Of a stretch of DNA of 64,000 bases, positions 46,231-59,084 are shown in pieces. The notes under the pieces are model-generated. The model saw only the letters and a program-made list of their open reading frames with translations, was not told the origin of the DNA and searched no databases. Origin of the DNA: Marsupella aquatica (taxonomy: Eukaryota > Plantae > Marchantiophyta). Location: the NCBI GenBank assembly GCA_973895155.1, contig OZ316896.1:5531303-5595302 (forward strand), read 5' to 3'. Every line of letters starts with the position of its first letter. Position 1 is the first letter of the stretch. The position numbers and the translations under genes are program-made.

Positions 46231-48167
46231 ATCTTTCCTTAAAACGTGCCCAGCCACTCTTGTCTTTTTTTCTCCGGTGCTTTGTATATATAGGGAGACG
46301 CATTGGCTCGTCCTCCCTTCCCTTCTTTTACAAAACGCCTTAGGCTTGGCGCCCAACCCCAGCCTTCCGAAAAGAAGAACAAAAATGACTTATAAAAAAA
46401 TGTTCCCGGCCTCATGCCCATCTAGGAGTCCTCAAAAACTAAATTTAGTCTCCCCTTAAAACGCGCCCAGCCCCATGCGGCTCTTCCCCATGTACACGCA
46501 AATCTCCTGACTTGCTTCTCTATGCGGAGGTCGACTTGTTGTTGGCCCCCGGGCCGGCCCCTCTCTCCCTTTGTTGGCTCGCCCCTGCCTTCCATTGGCT
46601 CGAGGCTCCTATTGGGGTCCGGGGCAATTAATAAATGCCCCTTGGCTCCCCTTAGTTCTCCTCCAAGCCCTCCCCCAGGTGCGGGGAGCCTCACCAGCCC
46701 AGGGAGCCTTTATTAGGCCCTTCCCCCTTCTTGTTCTCGTTCTTGTTGCCCCCCGGCTTGCTTTTAATTGGCACGAGGCCCTATGGGGCTCCTCCCGGCT
46801 CCCGAGGCCTCCCCCCATGATTGAGGAATTTAATTTTTTTCCTCTCCCCCCTTCCTTGGCCTGCTCCCAAGACCGGGGGTCTTAATCCCCCCTTCACCTT
46901 CTTGCTGCCCCTCCCTCCAGCTTGCCATCCGCCTCCCCAGAATCCAGGGCTTAATGCTCTCCCACAAAGGCATGAGGCCCTATGGGTCTCCTCCCGACTC
47001 CCAGGGCCTCCCCCTTGATTGGGCTCGCCTCCCCATGGTCCGGTACCTGCTTCTGCCCGGGCGCATGTCCCTATGCGCCCCTCCCAACCGTGCTTGCAAC
47101 TTGCCACCTGGGCGAGGAGCATTAGATTCCCCCCGGCTCCTCCTGGCTCACTCCGCTCGACCTCGGCTTGCAACCCTATGCGCCTCATGCTGCCGGGCTT
47201 CGCCCTTCTTCTGGGGTTCCTCCCTTGGTCACCCCTTTGGCCCTCCCTTGCTGGGGCTTATGCGTACTCCCCTACCGGGTCAACAGCCGGGCTCCTCCCG
47301 GGCTCCCTTCCTTGGTCCTTAATAGAGGGTTTAAAACCCCTCTAAAGCCCCCAACTTTATAAACAAAATTGGGCCTCCTAAAAGGGGTTTTAAACCCCCC
47401 AAAAGCCCCTCCCTTGCTTAGCTGGGATTTAAATTGCCGGGTCTCCAAGTTACTCCCTGGCTCCAAGTGTGCCGACCCTCCGGTGCCATGAACCTCCAGG
47501 ATGGCTCAATTAACTTAGTTATAAAAATAAAAAGTTATATTGAAAGTAAGATATTTACATCAGCTTATTTATACTAAAACCCTTTTGCTACACCTACTTG
47601 TATTTTTACTTATATACACAATTATAAGTCATCACTAAGTTACTACCGGGTTTGGGGTCCTATCACACCGGCTTCTTCCCACACTTGATAAACACCATCA
47701 TTGATCTGCACAAAAAAATTGTACATATATTGGCCTGAACTAACTGGCCAACAAAAATGATTCACTCAATTCCGCATTGGCAGCTCTACATTCTGGCTTT
47801 CTTCGTTCAGTCTAACTGTGCAAGCACTTGGCCCTAAGGCACACAACTTTCCATCTTCCAATGGGATATCGCATCCCTCATAAACTAAATCACTACCATG
47901 CATGCCCCAAATCGCTGCAATTGTTACTCCAACCAAACAGATGACTCCAGACTGATCCATCTCTATAAAATTGTTGTTTGACTAAAAATTGAACCTCAAC
48001 TGGAAAAATGAAACTCTGGTCATGTTTTTAGGGTTTAAATAGTAATTGCCCTAATGACGACCTCTACTTAACTGTAACTTGATAATTAACTTAAAAATTT
48101 CACTAATCTAGTTTGCTAAAATTATGTCATTTCAGCCCGCCAACAAACCCGTGCGCACAGACGGGTA

Positions 48168-49713
48168 ATGTCCCTGACCAAAGAATGGCTGAAGCTCATC
48201 TTTGGTCTACCCAAAGGACAGAACCGGGTAGAATCACGGGCACAAGGGGTGCGCAAGGGAGCAAAGTACCAGTCTTCCAGCTTCCTGACCGAAGGTTCGG
48301 TGGACAACGGCTTCCTGATGAGGACATGCCTCATCCCGGAGATAGCGGAGCGACTGGAGTTTCAAAGGTATGCTCTCCACGTGATGGAGCCACGGCGCGA
48401 GATATCCGTCGCCCAAGTGATCCAGGTCGAGAACTATCTGCCTAGGAAGTGGGCTTCTTTCTTCGTCAAGAAGTTCCACGAGGAGATGGAACAACAAAGG
48501 AAGACCTTGTACCTTGGGGAGAAGGCGTACCTTGCAAGTCATATCGAGATCATCATAGAGTGGTATGCCCGTTTTGATCGACAAACCCTTCCAAGGTGCA
48601 ACGAGCCCGAACTCACCCCGGCCAGGTAGGTCTTTCCGGCTCAGGAGAGGCGGTCCCAACCCAAAGCCCGAAGTCCAACGCATGGTGTCCACCCTGACCC
48701 CATAGACAATTATTGGGGCCCCTTCTTCTATGCCGGACTCGATAGTCATCACAACCCTGGACGCCCAAAACCAGGCCCATGCGATCACAGCCAATCGAGT
48801 TGAGGTTGGCCCCGGATCAGAGGCCGTAATCCCGGAGGAAACCTTGGTACCCTCCATGCCTGTACAAGCGGGTCCCCTTTTCCCTTCTGGAGACCCCTCT
48901 CCCTCTACCCTTATCACCCCGGGGCTGGACATAACAACTCCAGCCTCTGCCCGAGTCAAGGTCTGTCCTTGCCCTAACCCTAGTGGGCACAGCCTGGTGA
49001 ACCCAAAACTCTTTGCACCGGGCACGTATTTGAATGGGTTGTTGGGCAACTTCTCCCAACAAGTTGGTTGGGATATGGGGGAGTTCATGGCCTGCAAGGT
49101 GGCTTACTTCTTCAGCCAAGAGCTGGTGGCAACGGTGAAGGCAATGCATGCTCAGGCTGAAGCCGCAGCAAAGATTGAGCAGTATCGGGTTGAGATGACC
49201 CACCTATTAGATGAAGCCTCAAACCAAGAAACCAAACTGCAACTCCTTTGGCCTTAGTTGGCAACCGCTCTGACCCAGGTCACCGACACTAAGGCCAAGT
49301 TAGCCTTGGCCGTGCAGGCCGGAGCCGGAAAGGACGTTGAAATCTCATGGATCCGGGCCCAGATTGATAGCTTGAAGGGGCAAGCTGTCATCTGGCAGAA
49401 AGACATAGAGGAGGCCGACACTTGAGCCCAGAGGGATACAACCAAGGTGGACGCCCTAAAAGCGGAAGTGGCACGGCTTCTACAAGAAGCCACTAAACAA
49501 AACCAACTGGTGGCGCAGCTGACGAGCGACGCCCAGCAGTTGGAAGAGGCATGTCAGGAGGCCGCGAAGGAGACAAATGTGGTGAAGCAAGAGAACGAGT
49601 CTCTCCTGGACCAAGTCCAGATACTCAAGCAGGACACCAACCGGCTAAGGAGACAACAAGACGGCCGCTTCAAGTCCAGCTTGGGCAGGTCTGGCAAACA
49701 TGCCAAACATTAG
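48168..49713 (+). pseudogene. Family B LTR-encoded protein (disrupted, N-terminally truncated)
   Basis: SLTKEWLKLIFGLPKG...DNGF...C...ERLEF.R..LHVMEPRREIS...KWASFF...YLASHI.III.WY aligns with the A and C core; a coiled coil follows. Confidence 0.85.
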
Positions 49714-49757
49714 CGGCATGGCAAGTTTAGAATAGAGTAGGTTTAGCCAGGAAGGGC

Positions 49758-50102
49758 GAGGTGTTTACCAAAGACAGCAAACAGGAAATAGGATTTAATA
49801 ATAAAAACTGGTAACAGGAAAATGGGTGGAATTTATTTTTGAAATTTTTTTTTTGAGAAATTTATTTTTATTTTATTTTTGGTCGACCATTTTTTTTTGC
49901 TAGCGCTCGGCGCTGCTAATAGTAGCGCCCAAAGCTAGCCAAAAATGTTGCATTGTTAAATTTTTTTGGAAATAACATGTTTTAGGAGACATTTTTAAAT
50001 TGTCATTTTTTCTGGTAACAGTGATTTTTTCCTGGTAACAACATATTAAAAACAGGAATTTTTTTTCCTGTTTACCAGTTTCCTGTCTCCGTTGCTATAC
50101 CC
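49758..50102. mobile_element. MITE family M1, second copy
   Basis: Absent from B1. 8-bp TSD GGAAGGGC at 49750-49757 and 50103-50110. Subterminal acaggaaa/tttcctgt motifs; core shared with 12704-13147. Confidence 0.8.
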
Positions 50103-51117
50103 GGAAGGGCAGACATTGAGGACAAGCGCCGAAACTAGTTAGCGGCGCTATCCTACTTTACCAACCTTCTTTTAGCATAGAATCTTAGAATAAGACACGC
50201 CGTTTTGTGGCTTGACAATAGCAGAATGTAGGGTAGAGTAGATTTGAGCACGTGGCCGTTCTAGGCCACGGCTCTTAGTTAGTATTTAGTGCACCGGTAG
50301 AGGCAAGGAAGACTTTAGGTTCAGAATCAGGTAATTTGTAGGATGTGCGGGGAGTCCCACCCTTTGTGAATAAAAGAGCACCAAGGAGTGAGGGTACGAC
50401 TAATCTTGCCAGGCGAGTGCAAAGCCGGGCTCTATTGTAGTGTACGCTCCCTGCCGTTAGGCCTATTAATTCAGAAGAATTTGAGTCAATCGTGTATATG
50501 TGTATGACGGATTCTGAAGTAAAGTTTTTTCCCCACCATTTCCTTTGTGTAAACCAAGATTGTATGTTGTGAATTCCATTGTAATCATAAGTCTCATATA
50601 CGAGTAGAGAATGCTTGGCCGAACGCATTGTACGAGCTGTGCATGGGGTGTCGGCTGCAAATAGTGGTTGTGAGTCCAAGTTGGATACCTGTATCATTGG
50701 ATCCGGATTAGAGGCGGCCAGCACAAAGTTTTTATTTATTTATTTATTTAAATTAAATTTGAAATTTATTCCGCGTGAACCCCACGGATGGGGGAAGCAG
50801 CAGGCCAAAAGGCAAAAAAAGGGGGCAACAAGGAAAGTGACACCACAGCCGGTCAAAGTTGAACCATGCGCAGTGGCACAAAGCAAGACAGAGTAAGACC
50901 GGGATTCTAAGTAAGACACCGCAGGTCAATAGATCACTAAACCCACTGAGTGATTGGGGCCCTAACGAGTACAGTATTCCACTAGGCAAAACAAACAAGT
51001 AATCAACCAGAGCTAGATCTGCAATTACTGTGGGCAGGCAGAGCCGGACTCAGTTTTATGGGTCCGGTAGTATTACAGGTATTCTAGTGCCAGCCCAATT
51101 TACCCTACACAGCACAA

Positions 51118-54100
51118 TCAGACAGAGAATAGACGTCTCACTTTGCTCTTGATAATCCTAATCTGTTCCTGCACTAGAGTATGCTTAGCCTGTGTGACCC
51201 TAGAAAGCTTATTTTTTGAACCAGTAGCAGCCGCCACTGCAGTAAGGTGATCCAATGTTTCAGAGATGATCAGTATTTGATCAAAAACCCTTTTTTTGGA
51301 CAGATCGAACGTCTGATCATTACGTGCATTCCAAATAGTCCACAGAATCTGATATATCAAGAAGAGACGAAGTGTGCTTCAAGGGCTCTTCTCAAGCGAT
51401 AAGAAGATTAACTCTACCAGATTCCGATGTGGTTTTATGATAGTACCATTTAACCAGGTCTGAGCTTCCAACCAACATCTCTGTGCATGTCTGCAGTTAG
51501 TGAATAGGTGGGGGATAGTCTCAATTCTCCCAGGGCATAAAATGCAAATTCCATCCGACTTGGCAATTCTCAGTGCTCTGGATCCAGAGAACAGTCCCTG
51601 TGCCAGAACCCGCCATAAAAAAGTTTTTGCTATGGTGGACAGATCTGCCGTCCAGATTGTCAACCAAATTTTGCTCCATTCTTCATCAGTATGGCTTACT
51701 TCCCATATTCTGTCCAGCTTGAGGTGGTCCGTTCCTTTAGGTCGCAGCATTTCGTAAACCCGCCAGTTTGGTAGGCCAAACTGTCTCATCCGTGTGTCCT
51801 TGTCAAGCCACTGCCATTGACAAGCAAGGGTATCAAATCCACTTCCATGGAAAGCAGTACCCTGTACCATCCTGATCAGTGAAAGACATAAGTTTCGATC
51901 TCCATCGGTAATGCCTCTCAAGCGATTCAACCTGGTGTCCAAGTGTCTCCAATCGTCTGTAGCAAGGGACCAAAAGTCCCCCACCCTCCTGATTCCTAAG
52001 CTGCCACAAAGTCGGGTCAATGTCACAATGGATGCTTCAGGCAAATCATAAAAATTCTGAGAGCACCGGATCAGATCCTCCAAAATCCAGTGTCCAGGGA
52101 TCGCCTCAGCACCAGGATGGAAGATCAGGTTTTCCCTAGCCAGTGCCCAAGCACCCCATAGTTGCCCTGTATATGACAATTTCCCAAAAGATCGTGGTGA
52201 GCCCAGTAGCATTAGATTTGTCATAGAATAGTGGTTCCTGCGCACAGATCTGTAGTTTCTCCATTTTGTCAGTCGCAAGTTAACAACAAAAAGTTTTGCC
52301 CATTCAGTCTCCGGATTATCCAGAGCCCCGGTGAACCACTTACAGAGGAGTGCATCTGAATGACTCCTAAAGTCCTTCAGGCCAAGTTTGCCATCATCCT
52401 TGGGCCTGCACAGTTTTTCCCACGCCACCAGGGGTATCCTTTTACCCCCTGTCCTGTTAGTACCCCAAAGAAAATTCCTGCTTAATGCGATTAATTTCCT
52501 AGCCAGTGCATCCGGGGAGCGCAAAAACATCATGTGATAGATGGGTATAGCCTGCAAGACATGTTTAACCAGCAAGACGCGACCAGTAAAAGAAAGAAAT
52601 CGTGAGGACCACGAAGACAGGCGTGCGCTAATCCTGTCCAGGCAGAAGCCATGTAACTTTGCTTCTGACAGTCCAGCGCCCAATGGGGCTCCCAGGTATT
52701 TCTGCACTATCCCTACTTCACTGATAACACACCCAGTCTCTCTAAGCCATCTAGGAATGTCATCCAATCCCAAAGGGATGACAATGGACTTTTTAAGATT
52801 GAGTTTCGCTCCCGTAGCACATTCATAAGTGTTCAATGTGCTTTTAGCCTGTTCGAATGCTAGCTCAGTTACCGGGATGAACAGCCCCATATCATCCGCA
52901 AAGAGTCGAAAAGAAATATTCAGATCCGGAGTAATCTGAAAGCCTTGTAATCTGCCTACCTTGATTTCCGCATTACAAAAATCCATTAGCGGTTGAGTCG
53001 AAATAGCAAAAAGTAACGGAGAGAGAGGGCATCCCTGTCTCACCCCCCGGCTCAACTGAATATCTGCAGTCCAAATCCCATTTACTAAAGCCTTAGAATA
53101 CGCATTGCTTAGTAACGACTTGACCAAAAAGATGAAGTGGAATCCAATGCCCCGTAAGTGCATTGTTTCCCAGATGTAGGTATGGTCCACCTTATCAAAA
53201 GCTTTCTCAAAATCTAACTTCAGGAATAGAGCCGGTGTATTTGTAACATTAATCCAGTCATTCATCAGCCAGGTAATGGAGATGTTCTCTAGAATGTGTC
53301 TGCCTGGAATGAACCCCGTTTGTTGTGGGCAGATCAGTTTAGAAAGCAACGGTTTTAATCGTTGAGCCAAGAGCTTGGCAATGATCTTGTAAATTATTGT
53401 CAACATCGTGAGAGGTTGCCAGTCCCCCTTCATTTATCAGTCTTTTTAGGGATGAACCGGATGACTCCCTCCTTTATCTTGAATGCCAGATGTCCCGTAT
53501 GCCAGAAGTCCGATACCATTGCATGCAGGTCATCCTTCAGAAATTCCCAGCATGCACGAATACCCTCCGCGGTCATCCCATCAATCCCCGGAGCCTTGTC
53601 ACAAGGTAAAAGTAGCAAGGTACAGTGCAGCTCCTGTATCGAGGGAAGAGCCTCCAGTCTTCTGATTTCACTAGCCGTCAGTGCAAACCGAGTATGTTCA
53701 AACAGTATACGTCGGGCAGTCAGCATGGCCGATACTTCCTCCGCAGAGAGCATTGGTGGTGCATATAACTCCTCGCAGTGTCGCTACACCTCCTGAATCA
53801 CTGCCCGTTCTTCCTGGATTTCTCTTCCTCCTTCCACCACTAGGTAAGCCATGTTTTCTCTTTGCCGCTTTGCCTTGACAGTAGAAAAGAAAAACTTTGA
53901 AGTTTCTTCACCTTGGCCAAGCCATCTGATCGGAGATAGACGTCGATTGTGATGTGCCTCCTATATCTCCATTTCACGTACGTTATCTTCCATGTCCATG
54001 AAATTCACAGTGCAGGAGGATGAGTGATCCTCAACAATAGCCAATTTCAGCATGCATAGCCTATCCTTCATTAGCCGCATCTCTTCCTCCCGAGGTAGGG

Positions 54101-55020
54101 GTGCAGCTTGTAATTCCATATAACATTTCCTTAGCCTTTGAAATGCCAGTGCGAATCTCAGGTGTGGATCGGTGGGGGGATTGTCTTCCAACCAGGCCCC
54201 AGCAAGAACTTCTACATTTCCTTGTTTCTGCAGGACCGCAGGATTGGCCTTAAAATATGTAGCCCGCCTTTGGTCAGCTCCCTCCAGAATTGGTAAGGTA
54301 AATCTAAGGGTAAGGATCACTGGATCGTGATCAGAGAGGGCTGATGTCCCATCGTGTATAAGTGCCAAAACTTCCCCAGTCCAGCTCCCCTTCTCGCTGA
54401 TGTAGTCGTGATTGTATTAGTCTGCCATGTCTCACCCTTCTCCAAGTGAATTTGGACCCCGTAACTTGGCCCAAAATGCCCAACAGATCTTGTAAATCTA
54501 ATCTGGTTGTGAGGAATCGCCAGAATTCTTTCTCACGTCCACATATCAAGGGGGACGGACCAGTTGAATTGCCCCGCATTTCTGTCATATTAAAATTTCC
54601 CCCCATGATCCATCGATCCTGAGGAAGAGAATTCCAAAGATCATCCCATAGTAGCGTCCTTTCACTAGTAGAGGAAGGAGCATACACACAAATTAATCCA
54701 AAATTACCTTCTGTATGTTCCACTTGGACCCAGACCGCTCGGCCTTTATCCAACGTGCCTAAAGTTAGCACCTTGAACATAGAATGCAATAGAATGGCTG
54801 TGCCGCCTCTGCCCTCATCCGGGAGAGAGTAAAAAAGCTGATATGTAGGTAAAATAATCCAGAGAGCAATGTCCAATCTGAAGCTGTCAGCCTTAACTTC
54901 TTGGAGCATCAAAGCATCGAGAGGAGGATGGATAGATGAAACCCATTTGGATACCACAATTTTTCGATTCGGGTCGCACAGGCCACAAACGTTCCAAGTG
55001 GCTACCTTGAAAGTTGTCAT
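51118..55020 (-). pseudogene. LINE ORF2 (APE endonuclease, RT, zf-RVT), broken by stops and frameshifts
   Basis: TWNVCGL, LQEVK, VYAP, GNFN, SDHDPV; KAPGIDG; QTGFIPGR, LDFEKAF, GVRQGCPLSP, FADD, KYLG; CILC...ETIPHLFTNC; WTIWNARN. Confidence 0.95.
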
Positions 55021-55375
55021 GCAGCTTCAAGTCGCGTAACCCACCTCCGAGTTCCACCCAGAGGCAAAGCACCACCACTCACAAGTCAGACCTTCTCCTG
55101 TAGGGGGCTCACCATTGGTCCAGCAAGTACACGCTGCAGCACCTCCTCAGGTGATTTCATCAAAGTTTAGGATCCGGTGACCGAATCGATACTACCTCAC
55201 CTGGGGAATCAACGCTGTGCATCACACCATCAGGTGGAATGGGGGAGGCCTCAATTGCGCCATAGATCTCTGGGGTGTCAGTCACCGGGTGCAATTCTCT
55301 TCTTGCTCGCCAACCTGGGGTGCACCAGCTGTCCTCCTCTTGCAAGTGATGATCAACAACAAATTGTAAGGCATG

Positions 55376-57202
55376 TTAATTCCTGGCCTTCTTTTTCCCC
55401 TTTTTCTTTTCATCTGGTGGGGATCGCTTAGCCAATTTCCTTGCCCGGTCCCTTTTAACCGTAATGTGAGAGATGAATCCTTCATACTCCGACACCTCCA
55501 TGTCTGAGGGCTTCTCAGCGGCAGACAACCCGTCTCCTTCTTCCATTTCCTCTAAGGTTTCTAAATCCGGACGTGGTAAATCAGGATTCTCATTTGGCGC
55601 AGCCACAATGAGAGGAGTATCAACAGCCCCTTGTCCCGTCTGATCATCTGAATTGGTCAGATTCTATTCAAGACCGCCGAGGCATAATGCATAGATTGAA
55701 GGTCCTGCATGACCCCCGAGATAGCAACAGCACCAGCCCAAAGATGAAGAGCTACCACTCCCGCCCTTCCCTCATCCGTGCATGCATTCATCTACCTCCC
55801 GCACAATTTCCACCGAGGGGGTGCAACAATATCCCCCTCCACACTCCCAAATAAAACAAAATCTCCAATACCATTTGCCGGTATAGGCACCCTATTCACC
55901 ATCAGGGGAACACTAGTAATAGCAGGTTGCGCAACTCCAACTTGCTCCACCACGGAGCCGAGTGTCTCACCCAGAGCAGTAGATCGATCCGGTCGGTACC
56001 GCCTCGGTAGCCACCGGTGGAGCAGTATCCGGACCCTGGGGAATCACTTAGAGTAAAACCCCTAAAACACGTGAGAACAAACCAATGAAATTTGAAAAAA
56101 CAAATTAAAAAATAAATTCAATTAAAAATACCCTTGTACCCTTGATTATATGGCTTTGACAAATTTTTAAATACCTTGCTGAATATAAAAACTAATATTT
56201 TTACCAAAATTGGATTTTTAAATGCCTTTAGTACAAATTTTTGATTATAATTATTACACCAGCAAGATTAAAAAGAACCTTCATTTGTTCGCACCCCGTT
56301 CTAATAATCCAACGAGTGATTCCCCAGGGTATCCGGAAGATCAACGGGTACAACATTCGTCGGATCGGCAATCTCATGTAATCTGCAATCTCGAGCAAGA
56401 TGACCTTTTTTGTTGCACTTAAAGCAGTGGAAAGGGATATTTTTAAAGATAATAGGCTGCCAAATTGAGAGGTCCGCCTTAATCTGTACCTTCACACTCT
56501 GTGGTACCTCCCTCTGAGTATCCCATAGTATACAAACCCGATTGTGTGGGTAAGAACTCAAATCATCCCCTTGGATGTAATGCAGTATATCTCCCAGGAG
56601 GCAGCCAGCTTGCGACGACACGGTTCAAGAATAAGAGCCCTGAACGGGATGTCAATCCACACTGGCAGCAACGTAAAGGATTCGTTCCGAATGTCGAAGG
56701 AGGGATCCCAGGGAAAAGTAAACACATATTTCCAGTCCAAAAACCAAGGGGCACCCGCCAATGCAAGGTCACGGTGTTCCGGATTTTTGAAAGCCACCAA
56801 ATAGAAATTCTTTCCCACAAATTTGATTTGTGTCACCGGCCAGTGCATCTCTTTGACAAATGTTTTCTCCACCCAGAATTTGAAGGTGGGTAACATTGGA
56901 GCCCTGTCAGTAAAGTAACACATCATGGCACAATTAAAGAGCTCCGTGACGCTAACCGCAGCTTCCTCCAAGGACCATTCGATCGTCGTGTGCAATTTAG
57001 ATGGCCAGTCTTGAACAAAGAGGTCCGCAATGCGCCTAAGCAAAGGGACACAGGCCTCCGCTGCTAGCTTATCGGTCTCCACTGGGTTCCCCTGATCCGA
57101 AGCAGCATGCCTCCCTGGAGTCCGCACATTAGAGGCAGACCATTGCATTGCATTTGCATTCCTGTCAGCAGATTCTCCAGCAATAGTTGGCTCGTCCTCC
57201 AT
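55376..57202 (-). pseudogene. LINE ORF1 (DUF4283-like region plus zinc knuckle), frameshifted and MITE-interrupted
   Basis: VGKNFYLVAF...RDLALAGAPW...PWDPSF...PVWIDIP; CFKCNKKGHLARDC; basic C-terminus. Confidence 0.85.
56034..56329. mobile_element. MITE family M2 (296 bp), 15-bp perfect TIR, 8-bp TSD
   Basis: CCCTGGGGAATCACT...AGTGATTCCCCAGGG; TSD TATCCGGA at 56026-56033 and 56330-56337; AT-rich interior. Confidence 0.93.
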
Positions 57203-57506
57203 TCTTTCTCCAATGTCATCATGGAAAGTCGCACCAGCGTGGTGTCCAGCACAAAGTTTTAGAAGTCCTTAAGCCGGGGTTGATCCAACTATCGACTTAA
57301 GGTAAGTTACGGCGACGGAACACAAAGTATACCTATGATCATGCGTGTAAGACTAGAATCAGGCGCGTTTAGCGTCAAGTTACGGGAATCAAGTACCGTT
57401 TGCACATCCCTCCTTGCCCAAAACCTCAATACTAATAGAGTTCATGGCCGCCTAAGCCAAAATCCGCGTAAGGATGAATCTTTTGGTGTGACATAGCCTT
57501 TGTTTT

Positions 57507-57525
57507 TGGCGCTAGATGGAGGGGG
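57507..57525 (+). promoter_or_regulatory. Primer-binding-site-like motif TGGCGCTAGATGGAGGGGG
   Basis: Lies 13 nt after the B2 terminal CA. Resembles the TGGCGCTAGAAGGAGGG-type PBS I recall from Tat/Retand gypsy elements; not verified against tRNAs. Confidence 0.7.
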
Positions 57526-57619
57526 CACTCTGAGTTGTAGTAAGAGTGGAGATATGTGCGTATTACGTTATCACGGGACCCTGGGCCACAGTGAGTCGTT
57601 AACTATTGCATAAGAATAG

Positions 57620-58850
57620 ATGCCTGTCACTCGTTCTCAGGCAGCATACCTAAGGAGATTGACAAGCGAACAAGAAAGTGCATCATTCAACAACAAGCTC
57701 AAAATCTTCAGACTTGGAGGGTTTGCAATTGCCATGACGGATGAATGTTCCATCAGGACCATCGGGTTCCGGTTTAGCAGGCCCTGCCCCGGGCCTGGTT
57801 GCACCTCCGCCAGCGCCACCTCCGCCACCAGCACCCATGGCGGCAGCTCCTCCGGCTCTAGCTCGTGCGGTCCCAGCCCCTCCTCAAGTATCACAACGGT
57901 CAAGGTTTCATTACCGACCATTCAAATGACGTCATGGGGATGATTTGGACAAATGGTTGGACAAATAGCTTACCCATACCCTAATAGTGGTCGGGGATTA
58001 CAAGTTATAAGTAACCCAAGCATTCCCCCAAAACCAGCAATTTGACAATCCCCAATTTGTTACAACTGTGAGAAACCCGGCCACTTTGCAAGGGAATGCA
58101 CCAAACAAAGACGACAAGGAGATGGCAGAGGCTTAAAGAAGTCCTTAAGCTGGGGTCGATCCAACTATCGACTTAAGAGTAGGAGTGGGAAAGGTCTTTT
58201 GTTGTGGAAACTTTCAGGATCAGGAGGCTAGAGAGGCAGCCCAAGAAGTGGTAGTGCTGAATTTGCTAGACCTGAAGGTAGAGAGATAGGAGCCCATGGA
58301 AGAACAACCATGTAAAAAAATTGATGTGTTCATGGAATTAAAAATGCAATCAAGACATACTGGTAGAACTACAAGGAGTATTCGATTACATAGCTTGTAT
58401 CTGTTATATGTCAGCAGAGTTAAAGTTAAGAAGTTAATTGTAAAGAGAAGATGGCTGGAAATACTGATATTTGACAATGGGAAATTCATTTGGATTTGGT
58501 TGGAACCCGTTAAAGGGAGAATAAGAATTGTATGGCATGTGGAAATTGAGATTGCAAACTCTTGAGAAAATCCCTATAAGATTAGAATTAAGAGTAACTG
58601 ATAAGAAATGTGGTAAAAGAGGGACCCAAAGTAGTAGAATATGGAATTAATTTCCTTTGATTGGTCGTTTAAATTCAAATGCATTTCATTTGGGTTACAA
58701 AATGCACCAAGTGAATGCAAACACATAACTGAAAGTTGGATGAAAATTATAGAGGAAGAAGATTTAATAATTGGGGAACCTACCACAATGGGCCTTGAGA
58801 TTCTTTTTGAAGAAACATTAGTTGAAGTGTAAATGGAACTTGACATCCAA
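57620..58850 (+). pseudogene. Heavily deleted gypsy gag/pol remnant internal to B2
   Basis: MPVTRS start, Pro-rich segment, zinc knuckle CYNCEKPGHFAREC (~58058-58099) and RT-like FKCISFGLQNAP (~58675-58710). Confidence 0.75.
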
Positions 58851-59084
58851 TTCAGGTGACAGGCAAGGTCTACGGCTAGGGAAAGTTGGATCAATGTCTC
58901 GAGTAATTGCACAAGTTGTCACTATCTAATTGTCGGAATGGCTGGATAGCAAGCAAAAAGTGTACCAGAAATCAAGTGAATTGAAGTCGTATAATGTTTG
59001 ATTGATACAAGAAAGAACATTAATGAAGTTAGGAGATATGTTGGATAACTAATTCAAGGATTTGGCAACTAGTCTAAACCATCG

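Larger units (their letters stand above)
50733..57245 (-). mobile_element. Full-length but decayed L1-clade LINE
   Basis: 15-bp TSD CCAGCACAAAGTTTT at 50718-50732 and 57246-57260; (TAAA)n tail; the empty site is preserved in B1; ORF1 and ORF2 present. Confidence 0.96.
48140..57493 (+). mobile_element. Family B ORF-bearing LTR, copy B2 (5'-truncated 5' LTR), interrupted by MITE M1 and the LINE
   Basis: Colinear with the reverse complement of B1. Ends GTGTGACA at 57493 and is followed by a PBS-like site and gag/pol remnants. Confidence 0.85.
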
